A stretch of 64,000 nt of DNA. It comes from Bacillota bacterium (GTDB taxonomy: Bacteria; Bacillota_I; Bacilli_A; RF39; UBA660). This document shows, one piece after another, positions 49,694 through 60,957 of this stretch (within the stretch, counting starts at the first letter, position 1; every line of letters begins with the position of its first letter). The position numbers and the translations under genes were made by a program. The DNA lies in the NCBI GenBank assembly GCA_003524085.1, contig DOEC01000006.1, forward strand, positions 1,146 through 65,145. The letters run 5' to 3'. The notes under the pieces were generated by a model. That model ran no database searches and had not been told where the DNA came from. It saw only the letters and a program-made list of their open reading frames with translations.

Positions 49694-49963
49694 CTATTTT
49701 TTTTCTAAAATGAAGTATTTACAACCATAAGCACAATTTTCTTCTATATATTTATCTATTTTTTGATAGTCATTTATGCTATTATTAATCTTGTTTTCTT
49801 TTTTTGTAAATCCTTTTAGTCTTAATTTTGAATAAGCATAATCTCCCACAATATAATCGTAATCTTTAAAGTAATCAGTTACCAATTGTGTTACTTCTTC
49901 AATATCAAAACATTCACCTTTATCTTTTATTAATTTATATTCTTGCTCTAATAAGGTCATCAT
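49694..49963 (-). CDS. small hypothetical protein (about 90 aa)
   Basis: ORF; start probably at MMTLLEQ. Confidence 0.4.
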   Translation of the reverse strand: MMTLLEQEYKLIKDKGECFDIEEVTQLVTDYFKDYDYIVGDYAYSKLRLKGFTKKENKINNSINDYQKIDKYIEENCAYGCKYFILEKK

Positions 49964-49997
49964 TTTCCTCCTAATAAAATTATACAACAAATTTATA

Positions 49998-50726
49998 CTA
50001 ATTGCTACTAGTAATTGGACTAGTTACTGCATAAGACCCACCGTACACGTTTGGAATTTTACCCTGTATTATTTTTACCACTAACGGAATACTATTATTT
50101 ACTAATACGTCTTTTGAAATAAGTGGTAACATAAATCTCATATTTACTGTCACGTCAATGTAAACTTTTAGTAAAGAGTTGTTTATTCCATATGATGACA
50201 CTTCTGTTTTAATATTGCTTACTATACTACCTATTACTTTAGCTTTTAGTGGAACTTTTGGGCCAATATTTGAAAGTGTATAGTTTCCTGTAATATATCC
50301 CAATGGTATTTTGTATATTAAGTCCTCTGTTTCAATCTCGGTATCTTCAAGTTTATATCTTCCGTTTTCAAATGATTTTAAATCTTTGTATACTGCTTTA
50401 TTTAATTTCACTAGGCTTTTATTTATTTTAGCTGTGTTAAAGTCTACGCTTATTACTTCATCATTCTTATTTGTAAGTGTATTAAAAAAAGACATTGTTT
50501 CTTCTTCAGAAAATGAAATACTTTCTACAGCGTCACTTATTATTAATGAACTTATCTTTTTTACTTCGTTTTCGGCATACACTTCTAATGGTGGCACAAT
50601 TTTCGTATTTATGTATTTAAAGGTTAAACTGACTATTAGTAAAACTAGAAATGTCACAATTAAAATGGTATCTTTTTTTGTTAGTTTTATTAACAAATTT
50701 CGTTTTAATCTCATTTTCTTTTTCAT
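49998..50726 (-). CDS. yunB: sporulation protein YunB
   Basis: N-terminal TM, then the conserved YunB core (…ISSLIISDAV...KIPLGYITGN...VYIDVTVNMRF…); 242 aa. Confidence 0.65.
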   Translation of the reverse strand: MKKKMRLKRNLLIKLTKKDTILIVTFLVLLIVSLTFKYINTKIVPPLEVYAENEVKKISSLIISDAVESISFSEEETMSFFNTLTNKNDEVISVDFNTAKINKSLVKLNKAVYKDLKSFENGRYKLEDTEIETEDLIYKIPLGYITGNYTLSNIGPKVPLKAKVIGSIVSNIKTEVSSYGINNSLLKVYIDVTVNMRFMLPLISKDVLVNNSIPLVVKIIQGKIPNVYGGSYAVTSPITSSN

Positions 50727-50760
50727 ATTAAATTATATAATAAAAATAAAAGAACTATTA

Positions 50761-51672
50761 CTAAAATAGTTCCAAATCAAACACGTAGTTACCTATTATT
50801 ATTAGTGAAGCCACTATTGATAAAATAAGTATTATTATCAAGAATGTTTTTATAAATGAAGACTTTTTCACACTTTTTTCTAATTCATCAAAACCTTCAA
50901 AATCATCTTTACTAAATGTCATTGAGTTTGTGTAAAAGCTCTTGTCTAAGTCACTCATTTTTTCTTTTAGGTTAACTAATTCTTCAGTTTTTTGTTCTTG
51001 TAAACTTTCAGTTTCTTTAGTCTCAAGCTTTTTAGCGTCAATGTACTCGCTTATTTCATTTGTTAAGTCTTTTTTACTTTGTTCTTCTTCAATTGGTCCA
51101 GTTGTATCTCCGCCTGCCATTAATTCTTCTAGTAAGTTTACGTCTCCTTTATGTATTGTTACAGTGTTTATTAAATCCACTATTGTTCTTTCGTCTGTAT
51201 TCAAAGTTGCTGTTGGCTCATCAACGTCATCGTTGTCTATCTCTTTATACATCTTTATTTTGTCAAGAATATCATATTCACTACTTCTTACTTGTTTATA
51301 TCTTTCTTCACTATATTCAATACTTCTATTTTCTCTTGCTTTTTCTAAAACGGAATTAATGTCATAAACTTTTTTAACTTCAGTTTTTGGTAGCGAAGTT
51401 GGTTCTTCTTCAGGTAAGGAAATCATTTTTCTTCTAACTTTATTTTTTTCGTTATTTTCATTAATGTATTTTTTAATTTTTTCTAGGTCAATTGTTTTAC
51501 CAGTTTGCTCAATTATTTTAACATTTGAATTATTGTTTACACGTGAAAGCTCACACTCTTTTACTTCGTCATATAAAGCAATATTTTTGCTTACTCTACT
51601 TTGAGTGTTTTCTACTTGCTCATTATTTAAATAATTATATTTTTCCATTCTAGAACTCATATTTTTCACCAT
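50761..51672 (-). CDS. acidic coiled-coil protein with a C-terminal TM anchor (hypothetical)
   Basis: ORF; C-terminal hydrophobic helix. Confidence 0.45.
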   Translation of the reverse strand: MVKNMSSRMEKYNYLNNEQVENTQSRVSKNIALYDEVKECELSRVNNNSNVKIIEQTGKTIDLEKIKKYINENNEKNKVRRKMISLPEEEPTSLPKTEVKKVYDINSVLEKARENRSIEYSEERYKQVRSSEYDILDKIKMYKEIDNDDVDEPTATLNTDERTIVDLINTVTIHKGDVNLLEELMAGGDTTGPIEEEQSKKDLTNEISEYIDAKKLETKETESLQEQKTEELVNLKEKMSDLDKSFYTNSMTFSKDDFEGFDELEKSVKKSSFIKTFLIIILILSIVASLIIIGNYVFDLELF

Positions 51673-51757
51673 ACTAATTTTATCATATTTTTTGCGAAAA
51701 TAGAAGTATATTAATTGATTTTCTTTAAATTTAATTATATAATATTTTTAGGAGGAA

Positions 51758-51961
51758 ATGAAAATGGAAAAGATAGAAATTAATAAGGATGCGTGTATCG
51801 GATGTGGAATGTGTGTGCATGACCACCCAAATTATCTAATTTTTGATGAAAACGGGCAAGCTGAGCCTGTTGGAAAGGAAGTTAAACCAGAGGACAAGAA
51901 AAGCTTTTTAGATACAATTGAAAGCTGCCCTACAGAAGCTATTTCAATAGTTCAAGAATAG
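51758..51961 (+). CDS. 4Fe-4S single-cluster ferredoxin
   Basis: CIGCGMC...C motif. Confidence 0.7.
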   Translation: MKMEKIEINKDACIGCGMCVHDHPNYLIFDENGQAEPVGKEVKPEDKKSFLDTIESCPTEAISIVQE

Positions 51962-51991
51962 AAATAAAGTCTTACATAATGTAAGGCTCTT

Positions 51992-52702
51992 TTATTTTAG
52001 ACTGTATAATTTTTTTACTTCTTTTAAAGATAACTCTCTATATTCTCCACTTTTTAATCCACTTAAATCTAAAAATGCGTACTTTTCTCTTTTTAATTTT
52101 TCTACGTCATAATTTAAAGCGTTAAACATATCTTTTACTTGATGGTTTCTACCTTCAGTTATTACAACTTTAACATAACTTACGTCTGTTTTTTTGTCGT
52201 ACCTATCTAATTTAAAGATAGCTTTCTTTGTTTTTTTACCATTTAAAAGTATTCCACTACTTAAAGTAAGAGCGTCTTCTTTTTTAAAGAAACCTTTAAC
52301 TTTTGCGTAGTACTCTTTTGTAACATCATGTTTTGGATGAGTTAAAATATTAGATAGTTCTCCATCATTTGTAAGTAAGATTATGCCTGTTGTATCATAG
52401 TCAAGTCTGCCAACTGAAAACACTCTTTTTTCACTTTTTACTAAATCGCAAACTGTTTTTCTTCCCTTATCATCTGTTACTGAACTTATTACGCTGCGTG
52501 GTTTATAAAGAAGAAAATATGAGTGATCCTGTTTTCTTAAAATTTGATTATCTATTTCTATTAAATCTGCGTCAGTTACTTTAGTACCAAGCTCTTTTAC
52601 AACACTTCCATTTACTTTTACTTTTCCTTTTAAAATTAATTCTTCAGCTTTTCTTCTGCTAGTATAGCCGCATTCACTTATATATTTTTGTAATCTTTCC
52701 AT
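51992..52702 (-). CDS. rluB: rRNA pseudouridine synthase (RluB/RsuA family) with an S4 domain
   Basis: RLQKYISECGYTSRRKAEELI (S4) and the RLDYDTTGIILLTNDGE catalytic Asp block. Confidence 0.8.
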   Translation of the reverse strand: MERLQKYISECGYTSRRKAEELILKGKVKVNGSVVKELGTKVTDADLIEIDNQILRKQDHSYFLLYKPRSVISSVTDDKGRKTVCDLVKSEKRVFSVGRLDYDTTGIILLTNDGELSNILTHPKHDVTKEYYAKVKGFFKKEDALTLSSGILLNGKKTKKAIFKLDRYDKKTDVSYVKVVITEGRNHQVKDMFNALNYDVEKLKREKYAFLDLSGLKSGEYRELSLKEVKKLYSLK

Positions 52703-52726
52703 AAATAACACCACTTACATTATAAA

Positions 52727-53782
52727 TTATTTTTTCCAAAAAAACAACTTACTTTTTAGTGAATGTTCTTTTTGATGTTTAGAAATTATAAATATATTAG
52801 CTTCTGTTACATATTTATTGTCAACATAAACTATGGCTTTTCCTATTACTTCTTTATCTTTTACTTTCTTCTTTTTTATAATATCTATATCTATTTTGAT
52901 CTTGTCTCTTTCATCTTTTTTTAGCATTACTTCCACGTCTTCATTGATATATAAATGGTAACTCTTATAATATTCACTTTTTACATTAAATGTTTTTTTA
53001 TTCAATATTTTATAACTATCATACTCTTTAAAATATTCTTCATATAACTTTTTGTGAGTATTAAATCTATCTTTTTCTTTCATTGTTACTACAATTAAGT
53101 TTTCTCCTGCTTTAGTTGCACTTGAAACAAACATATACCCTGCTTTTTCTGTATAGCCAATTTTTCCACCTGTTAAAAATTTATAACTTCTTAATAGTTC
53201 GTTTTTGTTATACCAAATGTGAGCTTCTATGTTCGAAGTAAGCATATACTTTTTTAATTTTGTAATTTCCATAAATGTCTTATTTGTAGTTGCATATCTC
53301 ATTAGAAGAGCTAAATCATGGGCAGTGCTTATATTTTCTGTTTCATTATCTAGTCCATGCGGATTTTTAAAATTGGTAGATGTCATTCCTAGCTTATTTG
53401 CAAGGATATTCATTTCTTTTATAAAGTTATCATACCCAATAGTCTCTGTAGCTATTACCATTGCCGCGTCATTACCACTTCGTAAGTTGAGTCCAACCAG
53501 TAAATCATATAAAGTCATGCATTCTCCAATATCTAAATAAATCATTGAACCGTAGACACTTAGTACTTCTTTTCCAGCACAAAGTACGTCAGTAGTGCTT
53601 GCGTTTTCTAAAGCCACCAAAGACGTCATTATTTTTGTAGTACTTGCAATTAACATCTTTTCGTCCATGTTTTTTGAAGACAAAATTCTAGAACTTTTAG
53701 TGTCCATTACAACGTAACTTTCTAGTGCATCAATTTTTAAAATTGGAATTAATAAAATAACAAATAATATAATCTTTTTCAT
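52727..53782 (-). CDS. D-alanyl-D-alanine carboxypeptidase (S11, PBP5/DacF-like)
   Basis: Signal peptide; SxxK (ASTTK), SGN and KTG-like motifs. Confidence 0.75.
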   Translation of the reverse strand: MKKIILFVILLIPILKIDALESYVVMDTKSSRILSSKNMDEKMLIASTTKIMTSLVALENASTTDVLCAGKEVLSVYGSMIYLDIGECMTLYDLLVGLNLRSGNDAAMVIATETIGYDNFIKEMNILANKLGMTSTNFKNPHGLDNETENISTAHDLALLMRYATTNKTFMEITKLKKYMLTSNIEAHIWYNKNELLRSYKFLTGGKIGYTEKAGYMFVSSATKAGENLIVVTMKEKDRFNTHKKLYEEYFKEYDSYKILNKKTFNVKSEYYKSYHLYINEDVEVMLKKDERDKIKIDIDIIKKKKVKDKEVIGKAIVYVDNKYVTEANIFIISKHQKEHSLKSKLFFWKK

Positions 53783-53817
53783 AGCAAATTTTATGTTTTA
53801 AATAAAGAAAAAAGAAC

Positions 53818-54363
53818 TTATTCTTGTTCATAATTATAAGTTCCATGTATTTTTTCTAATGTGGTTTTGTCAAGTGGCGACACTTTCCAACTACCATCTT
53901 CTTTAGTTAAATTTATTTCTATTGTGTATTCTACTCGGTCAGTAGTGTTTTGCATAGATTTAAGTTTGTAATCCATAAATTTGTCGTTATCGTATGAGTC
54001 ATTTGTTAAAAATTCACTTTCATGAGTACTCTTATAACTTTCAGCATCTTTTTGTGCTTTATAGAAATCGTACACAGTAATTTTAGCTTTAACCGTTGCA
54101 TCGTCACCATTTACTGTTTCGTCTTCTATAGTATACTTTAAGTCTGAGTACTGCATTTTCATAATATTAGTGTATGTAGTTTTTTGATAATCAGTTGTTA
54201 ATGTTGTTCCTTCTACAACTAATTCTAAATCGTCTAAAACTGCATTATCTAGATTTTGATATTTTTTAAATAACTCTTCTACTTTCTTTGTTGGAGTATT
54301 TTTATTTAGACTACACCCTACTAATAAGAACACACTTAAACATATAACTAAAATTTTCTTCAT
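53818..54363 (-). CDS. lipoprotein (hypothetical)
   Basis: Lipobox LLVGCS. Confidence 0.55.
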   Translation of the reverse strand: MKKILVICLSVFLLVGCSLNKNTPTKKVEELFKKYQNLDNAVLDDLELVVEGTTLTTDYQKTTYTNIMKMQYSDLKYTIEDETVNGDDATVKAKITVYDFYKAQKDAESYKSTHESEFLTNDSYDNDKFMDYKLKSMQNTTDRVEYTIEINLTKEDGSWKVSPLDKTTLEKIHGTYNYEQE

Positions 54364-54408
54364 TATTCCACCTCTAGTTATAGATTAACCAAAAATTTCT
54401 AATATATA

Positions 54409-55041
54409 CTATTTTTTTACAGTTAACATATTTAATAGAGAATAGAATTCACGATGTTTATCTGTATAATCTTTTTTTATAGATTTTACTAGCAAAGTGT
54501 AGGCATTTATTGCTGCTTCTTTATTAAACCATTCATAATATAAATAATTAATTTTTTCTTCATCTAATTTTATAATTTCTAATTCTTCTAGTATTTTGTC
54601 GACTAAACTGTTTTCGTCTCTTAGCATTTTGTTTTTAGTGATATTATTATTAATTACATTATATGCTAAAGCAGTCATTCTCATTGTTTTAGACATATTA
54701 GATATTTCTACTTCTTCATTAATTAAAAACTTACTTTTCTTAATAACTAAACCCTTTTTATCAACTAGCACCATAAGGCTATTTATTCCATCAGTTACTA
54801 TAAATGAATACTCTAGTGTTTCTACATTTTTGGATGTAAAGACCTGGGTTTTATCTTTTACTACACTTAGAAACTCTTTATCTATTCTTACTTTTTTGTA
54901 TGTCAAATCTCCTAAAATATTAGTTTTCACCTTAAATAATGGGCACCTTCTTACGTGATAAAAATCGTCTGTTGTTTTCCAGTCATAAAAATCATAAAGC
55001 ATATCATTAAAATTTACTAATATATCGTACACATATACCAT
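54409..55041 (-). CDS. hypothetical protein
   Basis: ORF; start probably at MVYVYDIL. Confidence 0.4.
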   Translation of the reverse strand: MVYVYDILVNFNDMLYDFYDWKTTDDFYHVRRCPLFKVKTNILGDLTYKKVRIDKEFLSVVKDKTQVFTSKNVETLEYSFIVTDGINSLMVLVDKKGLVIKKSKFLINEEVEISNMSKTMRMTALAYNVINNNITKNKMLRDENSLVDKILEELEIIKLDEEKINYLYYEWFNKEAAINAYTLLVKSIKKDYTDKHREFYSLLNMLTVKK

Positions 55042-55313
55042 TGTTATTTTCCTTTCCTTAAAGCATAAATTATTAAAAGTACTCCAGGAATTATAAGTAA
55101 GCATTCCCACCTTCTAGATATATAGTTTACATAATTTATAAAAGTATACCCGATGCTTAATAAATTTATGTATATTATAATGAATGTTAAACTAAATCCA
55201 GTTAGAAGTATTCCTATAATTAAAGTTAAAAATTTGAATAACATATTTACACTCCCTACTTAAATAGTATTTATTTATCACAAGTTTTAGTATATAATTA
55301 TATTGGTGATATT

Positions 55314-56117
55314 ATGAAAGAAATATTAATTTATGTATTTTTGGGAATTGTGCAAGGTTTAACCGAGCCATTACCAATTAGTTCAAGTGGACACGTTTTT
55401 GTTTTGAAGAAACTTCTTGGAATTACCGCAAGTGACTTAAACTTTGAAATTGTTGTTAATTTTGGTAGTTTACTTGCAATTTTGCTTATTTATAAAGACG
55501 ATTTGATTAGACTTATTAAGAATTTCTTTATGTATTTTAAGGTAAAGAATGAAGAAACTAAAAGAGATTTTAAGTATTGCTGGTTAATTGTACTTGGTAG
55601 TATTCCAGTTGGTATAATGGGATTATTATTTAAAGACATGATAGAAGAAAAACTTAATAATATGACAATTGTAGGAATTGCATTTTTAGTTACAAGTTTA
55701 TTTTTACTTTTAGTTAGTAACATCAGAGGTAAAAGAAAAGAAAGTGATATGAACATAATGGACTCAGTTGTTATTGGACTTACTCAAGTTGTAGCTTTAA
55801 TTCCTGGAATTAGTAGAAGCGGTTCTACACTAATTGGTGGCTTATTTAGAAAACTTGATAGAGAAACAGCATTAAAATACTCATTTATGCTTTATATTCC
55901 AGTCAGTGTTGGTACTACACTACTTGGTTTCAAAGACTTATTAGAAACATCTAACTTACACGACATCGTACTTCCTTATGGACTTGGATTTATTGCTTCA
56001 ATGGTAGTGTCATACTTTACTTTAAGATGGTTTATAGGCGTGGTTAAAAAAGGTAATTTAAAATATTTCAGTTTATACACTTTAATACTTGGAATTTTAA
56101 TTCTAATATTTATGTAA
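55314..56117 (+). CDS. uppP: undecaprenyl-diphosphatase
   Basis: LTEPLPISSSGH plus eight TM segments. Confidence 0.85.
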   Translation: MKEILIYVFLGIVQGLTEPLPISSSGHVFVLKKLLGITASDLNFEIVVNFGSLLAILLIYKDDLIRLIKNFFMYFKVKNEETKRDFKYCWLIVLGSIPVGIMGLLFKDMIEEKLNNMTIVGIAFLVTSLFLLLVSNIRGKRKESDMNIMDSVVIGLTQVVALIPGISRSGSTLIGGLFRKLDRETALKYSFMLYIPVSVGTTLLGFKDLLETSNLHDIVLPYGLGFIASMVVSYFTLRWFIGVVKKGNLKYFSLYTLILGILILIFM

Positions 56118-56179
56118 GCAAAAGAAAACTCTAGAATAATATCTAGAGTTTTTTAATAAAAAAAGCCTTATTTAGGCTC

Positions 56180-57715
56180 TTATTCAAAATAATCAATATC
56201 TTCTAGAAAGTCGTCGTCAGTATTTTCTTCTTTGGTTTCTTGTTCTTCACTACTATTTACTTTTTTCTCAGTTGTATTTTCAATTTCTACAGGCTCTTCA
56301 CTAGATGTTTCTTGAGTCTCTACAGAACTACTTTCTTTAGTTTCTTCTTCGTCTTCATCATACATTGAAGTTTTAACTAATTCTTCTTTTATTTTAGGAG
56401 CTTTATTTGTTTGTGTGTCGTCTCCTCTAGACCAAATACTTTCTATTTCTTCTTTTATAACATCAACGTTAACATATAAGTATTGTTGTTCATTATATAA
56501 ACTATTTATTCTGTTAGTGTATTCAAGTTGTTTAATCTTGTCTTCAAATTTACTTAAAGTATCTACTCCATCATTTTGAATTCTATCGTTAAGTATCTCT
56601 AGACTTCTTTCTTCTTTAATTATTTCGTTATGTAAGTTATTGTAGTTTATATCCAAGTTTCTTAACTCTTCATTAAAGTTTTCTATATCTAGTTCATACT
56701 TATTTTCTAAGAATTTATCACTATTTATTTCGTCGTTTAATAAATTTATGATACTAGCATATTCGCTTTCTAAGTTGTTTAAATTTGACTCATTAAATAA
56801 TAATTCTTCAAGAGTTTTAAGCTTTTCTTCTTTTTTAAGTCTTTCAATTCTAGTACTAAGGAAAAGATTTTTTGACTCGTCAATAAGAGTATTTAACTCT
56901 TCTTTTCTTTTTTCTATTCCAGTAATAGTACTTTTAAATGTTTCAATTCTTTTGTTATGATATTTAGTTTTCTCAAATAAACTTTCTTTGATTTCGTCAC
57001 TTGAGTAATTATTTTTTTCTAAAACGTTAGTTATATCATTTTTCTTGTTGTTGTATAGATCAATTAATTCAAAGATATTGCTACCTTTTATTTCATCTAA
57101 AGTACGTTCGTAATTATTTTTAGCACGTTCTGTTAAAGTATCAAGTAAGTCTTTTACTTCCACTAAAGATCTATTGTTTTTAAAAGCACTAAGTAGTTCA
57201 GTTCCAATTAATATAGAATTCTTTTCTTTGTTATCAAGTGCTTCATTTACTAAAGATAATTCTCTTTCTAAAGTGTTAAGATAAACTTCATCCTTACTTT
57301 TGTCTGAATCATCAGTATAACTTAAATTATCAAGTTTGTAGTTTACTACTTCTATTAGTTCTTCAACACTATTAAGTTCTTTAGTAATAACTTCAATGTC
57401 GCCAGTAGTTTTTGCTTTAACTTTGCATTTTAAAGTTTTATCATTTAGCTTAAGTTCTAATTCACTCTTCTGATTTTTTAAATTGTTTAATGTTTCTGTT
57501 AAGTATTTTTTTTCTTCTTCGTCTTTAATCTTCTTATCTTTGTCAATATAGTCGTGAGTGTCTAGCTTACTTTTAATACTATCTATTTCTTCAGTTAAGT
57601 AGTTCTTTCTTGACTCTAGATAGTCAGTATCTTCTAGTACTCTTAAGTCAGTTATTTTGTAACCACTCTTTTTGACAAGTATACCAATTAAGTCTTCTAA
57701 TGCACGATAGTTCAT
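56180..57715 (-). CDS. large acidic coiled-coil protein (hypothetical), paralog of the next gene
   Basis: N-terminus LVKKSGYKI resembles LVKKAGFDI of the 57720 gene; very acidic EE-rich C-terminus. Confidence 0.5.
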   Translation of the reverse strand: MNYRALEDLIGILVKKSGYKITDLRVLEDTDYLESRKNYLTEEIDSIKSKLDTHDYIDKDKKIKDEEEKKYLTETLNNLKNQKSELELKLNDKTLKCKVKAKTTGDIEVITKELNSVEELIEVVNYKLDNLSYTDDSDKSKDEVYLNTLERELSLVNEALDNKEKNSILIGTELLSAFKNNRSLVEVKDLLDTLTERAKNNYERTLDEIKGSNIFELIDLYNNKKNDITNVLEKNNYSSDEIKESLFEKTKYHNKRIETFKSTITGIEKRKEELNTLIDESKNLFLSTRIERLKKEEKLKTLEELLFNESNLNNLESEYASIINLLNDEINSDKFLENKYELDIENFNEELRNLDINYNNLHNEIIKEERSLEILNDRIQNDGVDTLSKFEDKIKQLEYTNRINSLYNEQQYLYVNVDVIKEEIESIWSRGDDTQTNKAPKIKEELVKTSMYDEDEEETKESSSVETQETSSEEPVEIENTTEKKVNSSEEQETKEENTDDDFLEDIDYFE

Positions 57716-57719
57716 ATTA

Positions 57720-59045
57720 TCACCAATCCAATTCTATTCTTTTATTTTTCTTTTCTTCTGCTTTTACTTCTTCTTTAATAACTTCTTTAGTTTCTTCTTT
57801 TACAGGTTTTTCTTCTAAAGCTAGTTCTTCTTTTCCTAAAATTTCTTCTAAACTTTTAACAGGTTCAGCTTTAATAACTTCTGGGACTATTTGTTTAGTC
57901 TCTTCTATTACTTCACTAGGTATTTCTTCTTCACTGCTAATAACTACTTCTTTATCAACATTTTTTTCTGTAAAAGTATCACTTTCTTTAAAATCATTGT
58001 TAACAACTTCTTGTTTATCCACATTTATTTTTGTGTTTGACCATTCTTTTATAAGTTCTTCTTTAACTTTACTAGCGTCAACATAGATTACATCTTTTTT
58101 ATTTTTTAAATAATCTATTTCAAGTCTAATCTTTTCTTTCTCATTGATGTCTATTATTCTTTCCGTCGTGTTAACGTAATTATCTTCTTTTAGTTTGTTA
58201 GATACATTATTCATTTTTGTAGTACATTTATCAAGCTCGTCTAGTAAAATTTCTTTTTTATTATTATTGTTAGTTCTGTTATTTCTAACATTTTCTAACA
58301 TCTTTTCTGCTTTTTCTAATGTATCTTTATTTCTTTCTTGTTTGCTTTCTAAATCATTTTTTGCATTTTCTAGTCTTTCGTATACTTCAAATGAGATGTC
58401 TGTATTTACTCCTTCATTAAGAACTCTGTCTATTCTTGTAAGGTCTTTATCTAACTTATCAATGTAATCTTTTATCTTATTAACAATGTTTACATCTTTT
58501 AACTCTACTTCTCTTAATTCGTCTAATTCCTTATTAACTGTTTTTAATTCAGCATTAAGTGAGTCTATTTTGTTGTCAAGATAAGCTTTGTATTTCTCGT
58601 CCATTTCTCTTTCTTCAGTATTCTTGTATTCGTAAGTATTAATTTTATCATTTAGTTCATTATACTTACTTTCAAGTTCATTAAGTCTTGTGTAAAGATT
58701 ACCAGCACTTAAGTTTTCTGTTCCTTTACTTGCAAGATTACCAAGAAGTTCTATTCTAGCTTTAACACTTGTATACTCTTTCCCTTCTTTATATGCATTA
58801 AGTAAGCTTTTACCAACTATTTCAGCGTTGTTTTCCCAATTTGCTTGTCTTAGTTTTAATGCATCTATTATTTTACTAAGAGTTTTTTGATTATTGCTAC
58901 CTTCTTTTTCACTTTGTAATTTCTTTATACTTTCTTTTGTCTTAGCAAGTTCTTCTTCACTATAGTTACTGTTAATGTCAAATCCAGCTTTCTTTACAAG
59001 TAAACTTACTAAACTTTTTATTGCTTCAAAATTATTGTTCATCAC
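57720..59045 (-). CDS. large acidic coiled-coil protein (hypothetical), paralog of the previous gene
   Basis: As above. Confidence 0.5.
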   Translation of the reverse strand: MMNNNFEAIKSLVSLLVKKAGFDINSNYSEEELAKTKESIKKLQSEKEGSNNQKTLSKIIDALKLRQANWENNAEIVGKSLLNAYKEGKEYTSVKARIELLGNLASKGTENLSAGNLYTRLNELESKYNELNDKINTYEYKNTEEREMDEKYKAYLDNKIDSLNAELKTVNKELDELREVELKDVNIVNKIKDYIDKLDKDLTRIDRVLNEGVNTDISFEVYERLENAKNDLESKQERNKDTLEKAEKMLENVRNNRTNNNNKKEILLDELDKCTTKMNNVSNKLKEDNYVNTTERIIDINEKEKIRLEIDYLKNKKDVIYVDASKVKEELIKEWSNTKINVDKQEVVNNDFKESDTFTEKNVDKEVVISSEEEIPSEVIEETKQIVPEVIKAEPVKSLEEILGKEELALEEKPVKEETKEVIKEEVKAEEKKNKRIELDW

Positions 59046-59178
59046 TAACCACCTTATTTTCCTATTAATATGATATCATAATTATTTGTCAATTACAATT
59101 TTCATTTTTTAGACAATGAGTTTACAAAAAAAGCTAGACAAAGTGTCTAGTTAAAATGTCTTATTTTTGTAAATTATA

Positions 59179-60177
59179 CTATAATGTTTTCGTTTCATTA
59201 TTAAGTTCAGTTTTGTATGAAGTGATAGCTTCTTTTAAATCACTTTCTATTTTATATATTCCTAATGCTTTAGAAAAACTTTGTAAGTCAGTCCTGTAAG
59301 GTATGGAGAATGCTTGGTAAATGTTGTTTATATATGCTTTATCACTCTTTAATTTATCATACATATAATAACCATACACACATCCGAAAATATAATATAA
59401 ACTTCTTTGTGGGTGTAAGTCTTCTATTTCACTAGCAAAATAATCTTTTATTTTTGATAACTCTCTGTTATAGCTTTCTTCAGTCATTTTCCCGTATAGT
59501 TTTTTATAACTATCATACTCGAAGTCTCCAAAAGTAAAGTAAACATTAATGAATGCCATAATACGTATTAAATAACTTTTATTTAAAGTGTTCTTAAACC
59601 TTAGTTTTCTAACATACTTCATTTCTTCATTGTATCCCATACTGGATAACTCGTCTTCCATCAAGAATTCAGTAAATATTGCTAGGCTTTCACTCACCAT
59701 ATGGTCAGTTGTATTTTCAGGTATTCCAACAGTGTAATGAGCTAGTTCATGGGCAAATATTACTGCGTCAGTTATGTATCCTGAGTTTGGTATAGAGATA
59801 AATCTAAAATCGTCTTTTATTCCTGCACATCCAGCAACTATACCTTCATGTATACTTGGTAAATAGTCTTTATCATACTCATATTCTCTAAAATCAATTG
59901 TACCATCAGATAATATTTTATCAATTGTTTCATTACTTATTGGATAGTTATACTTTTTAAAAATTTTTTTAACTAAATCTATTTTTGTAAGTAAATCAAG
60001 TCTTTTATAATTTTCTAAGTCAACTTTGCTAAACTTTACATCAGCTAATTCTTCTTTTAGGTCTAAATATAATTCACTTATTTTAATAATTAAATTCAAG
60101 TTAGCTAATGTAATACCACTTAGTTTATTTTTAGATAAAAATTCATCTAACTTTATCTTTAATTCTTCGTTAGTCAT
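59179..60177 (-). CDS. HExxH-motif protein (putative zinc metallopeptidase), paralog A
   Basis: ITDAVIFAHELAHYTVGIPE; about 35% identical to 60958..61959. Confidence 0.5.
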   Translation of the reverse strand: MTNEELKIKLDEFLSKNKLSGITLANLNLIIKISELYLDLKEELADVKFSKVDLENYKRLDLLTKIDLVKKIFKKYNYPISNETIDKILSDGTIDFREYEYDKDYLPSIHEGIVAGCAGIKDDFRFISIPNSGYITDAVIFAHELAHYTVGIPENTTDHMVSESLAIFTEFLMEDELSSMGYNEEMKYVRKLRFKNTLNKSYLIRIMAFINVYFTFGDFEYDSYKKLYGKMTEESYNRELSKIKDYFASEIEDLHPQRSLYYIFGCVYGYYMYDKLKSDKAYINNIYQAFSIPYRTDLQSFSKALGIYKIESDLKEAITSYKTELNNETKTL

Positions 60178-60922
60178 TCTTTTTAGTCAATCCTTCTATT
60201 GCTTTTAATACTTCAATAGGAAGTGCAAATATTACTGTGTTACTTTGATCACTACTTAAATCGTTTAGAGTTTCAAGAGTTCTTAAATGTAAAGCACCAG
60301 GCGCCATGCTTAAGTTTTCTGCTGCCTTTTTAAGGTTCTCACTTGCTTCTACTTCACCGTGGGCTTTTGTGATAACTGCTAGTTTTTCTCTTTCAGCTTC
60401 TGCAACACGAGCAATTACTCTTTTCATTTCTTCAGGTAAACTGATATCTTTTAATTCTACGTTTTCAACTTTTATTCCCCATGGGTCAGTTGCCTCGTCT
60501 ACTATTTTACATATTTCAGTACTTATTTTATCTCTTTCACTTAATAATTCGTCTAGGCTTACACTACCAACTGCATTTCTCATTGTTGTCTGCGCTAGTT
60601 GACTTACTGCATAATTAAAGTTTTCAACTGCAAGTATTGCTTTAGATGCATCAAATATCTTATAGTATAATACTGCATTAATTTTAATTGATACGTTATC
60701 TTTTGTAATTGCTTCTTGTTCTGGTACGTCCACTGCTTTTGTTCTTATGTCAACTTTTTTAAATGAGTCAATAACCGGTAAGATTAAATTCCAACCTGGG
60801 TTCATTATCTTTTTAAACTTACCAAATCTAAATTTTATTCCCCTTTCATATTCGTTAATTTGTCTTATAGAACTAAATATTACAATTAGTACTATAACTG
60901 CTACAGGTATTAACAATTCCAT
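60170..60922 (-). CDS. SPFH/band-7 (stomatin/prohibitin-like) membrane protein
   Basis: N-terminal TM and an SPFH core, with a C-terminal coiled coil (EAEREKLAVITKAHGE). Confidence 0.8.
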   Translation of the reverse strand: MELLIPVAVIVLIVIFSSIRQINEYERGIKFRFGKFKKIMNPGWNLILPVIDSFKKVDIRTKAVDVPEQEAITKDNVSIKINAVLYYKIFDASKAILAVENFNYAVSQLAQTTMRNAVGSVSLDELLSERDKISTEICKIVDEATDPWGIKVENVELKDISLPEEMKRVIARVAEAEREKLAVITKAHGEVEASENLKKAAENLSMAPGALHLRTLETLNDLSSDQSNTVIFALPIEVLKAIEGLTKKND

Positions 60923-60957
60923 ATTCTTCTCCTCCTTTATTTTAACGGTACTATTTT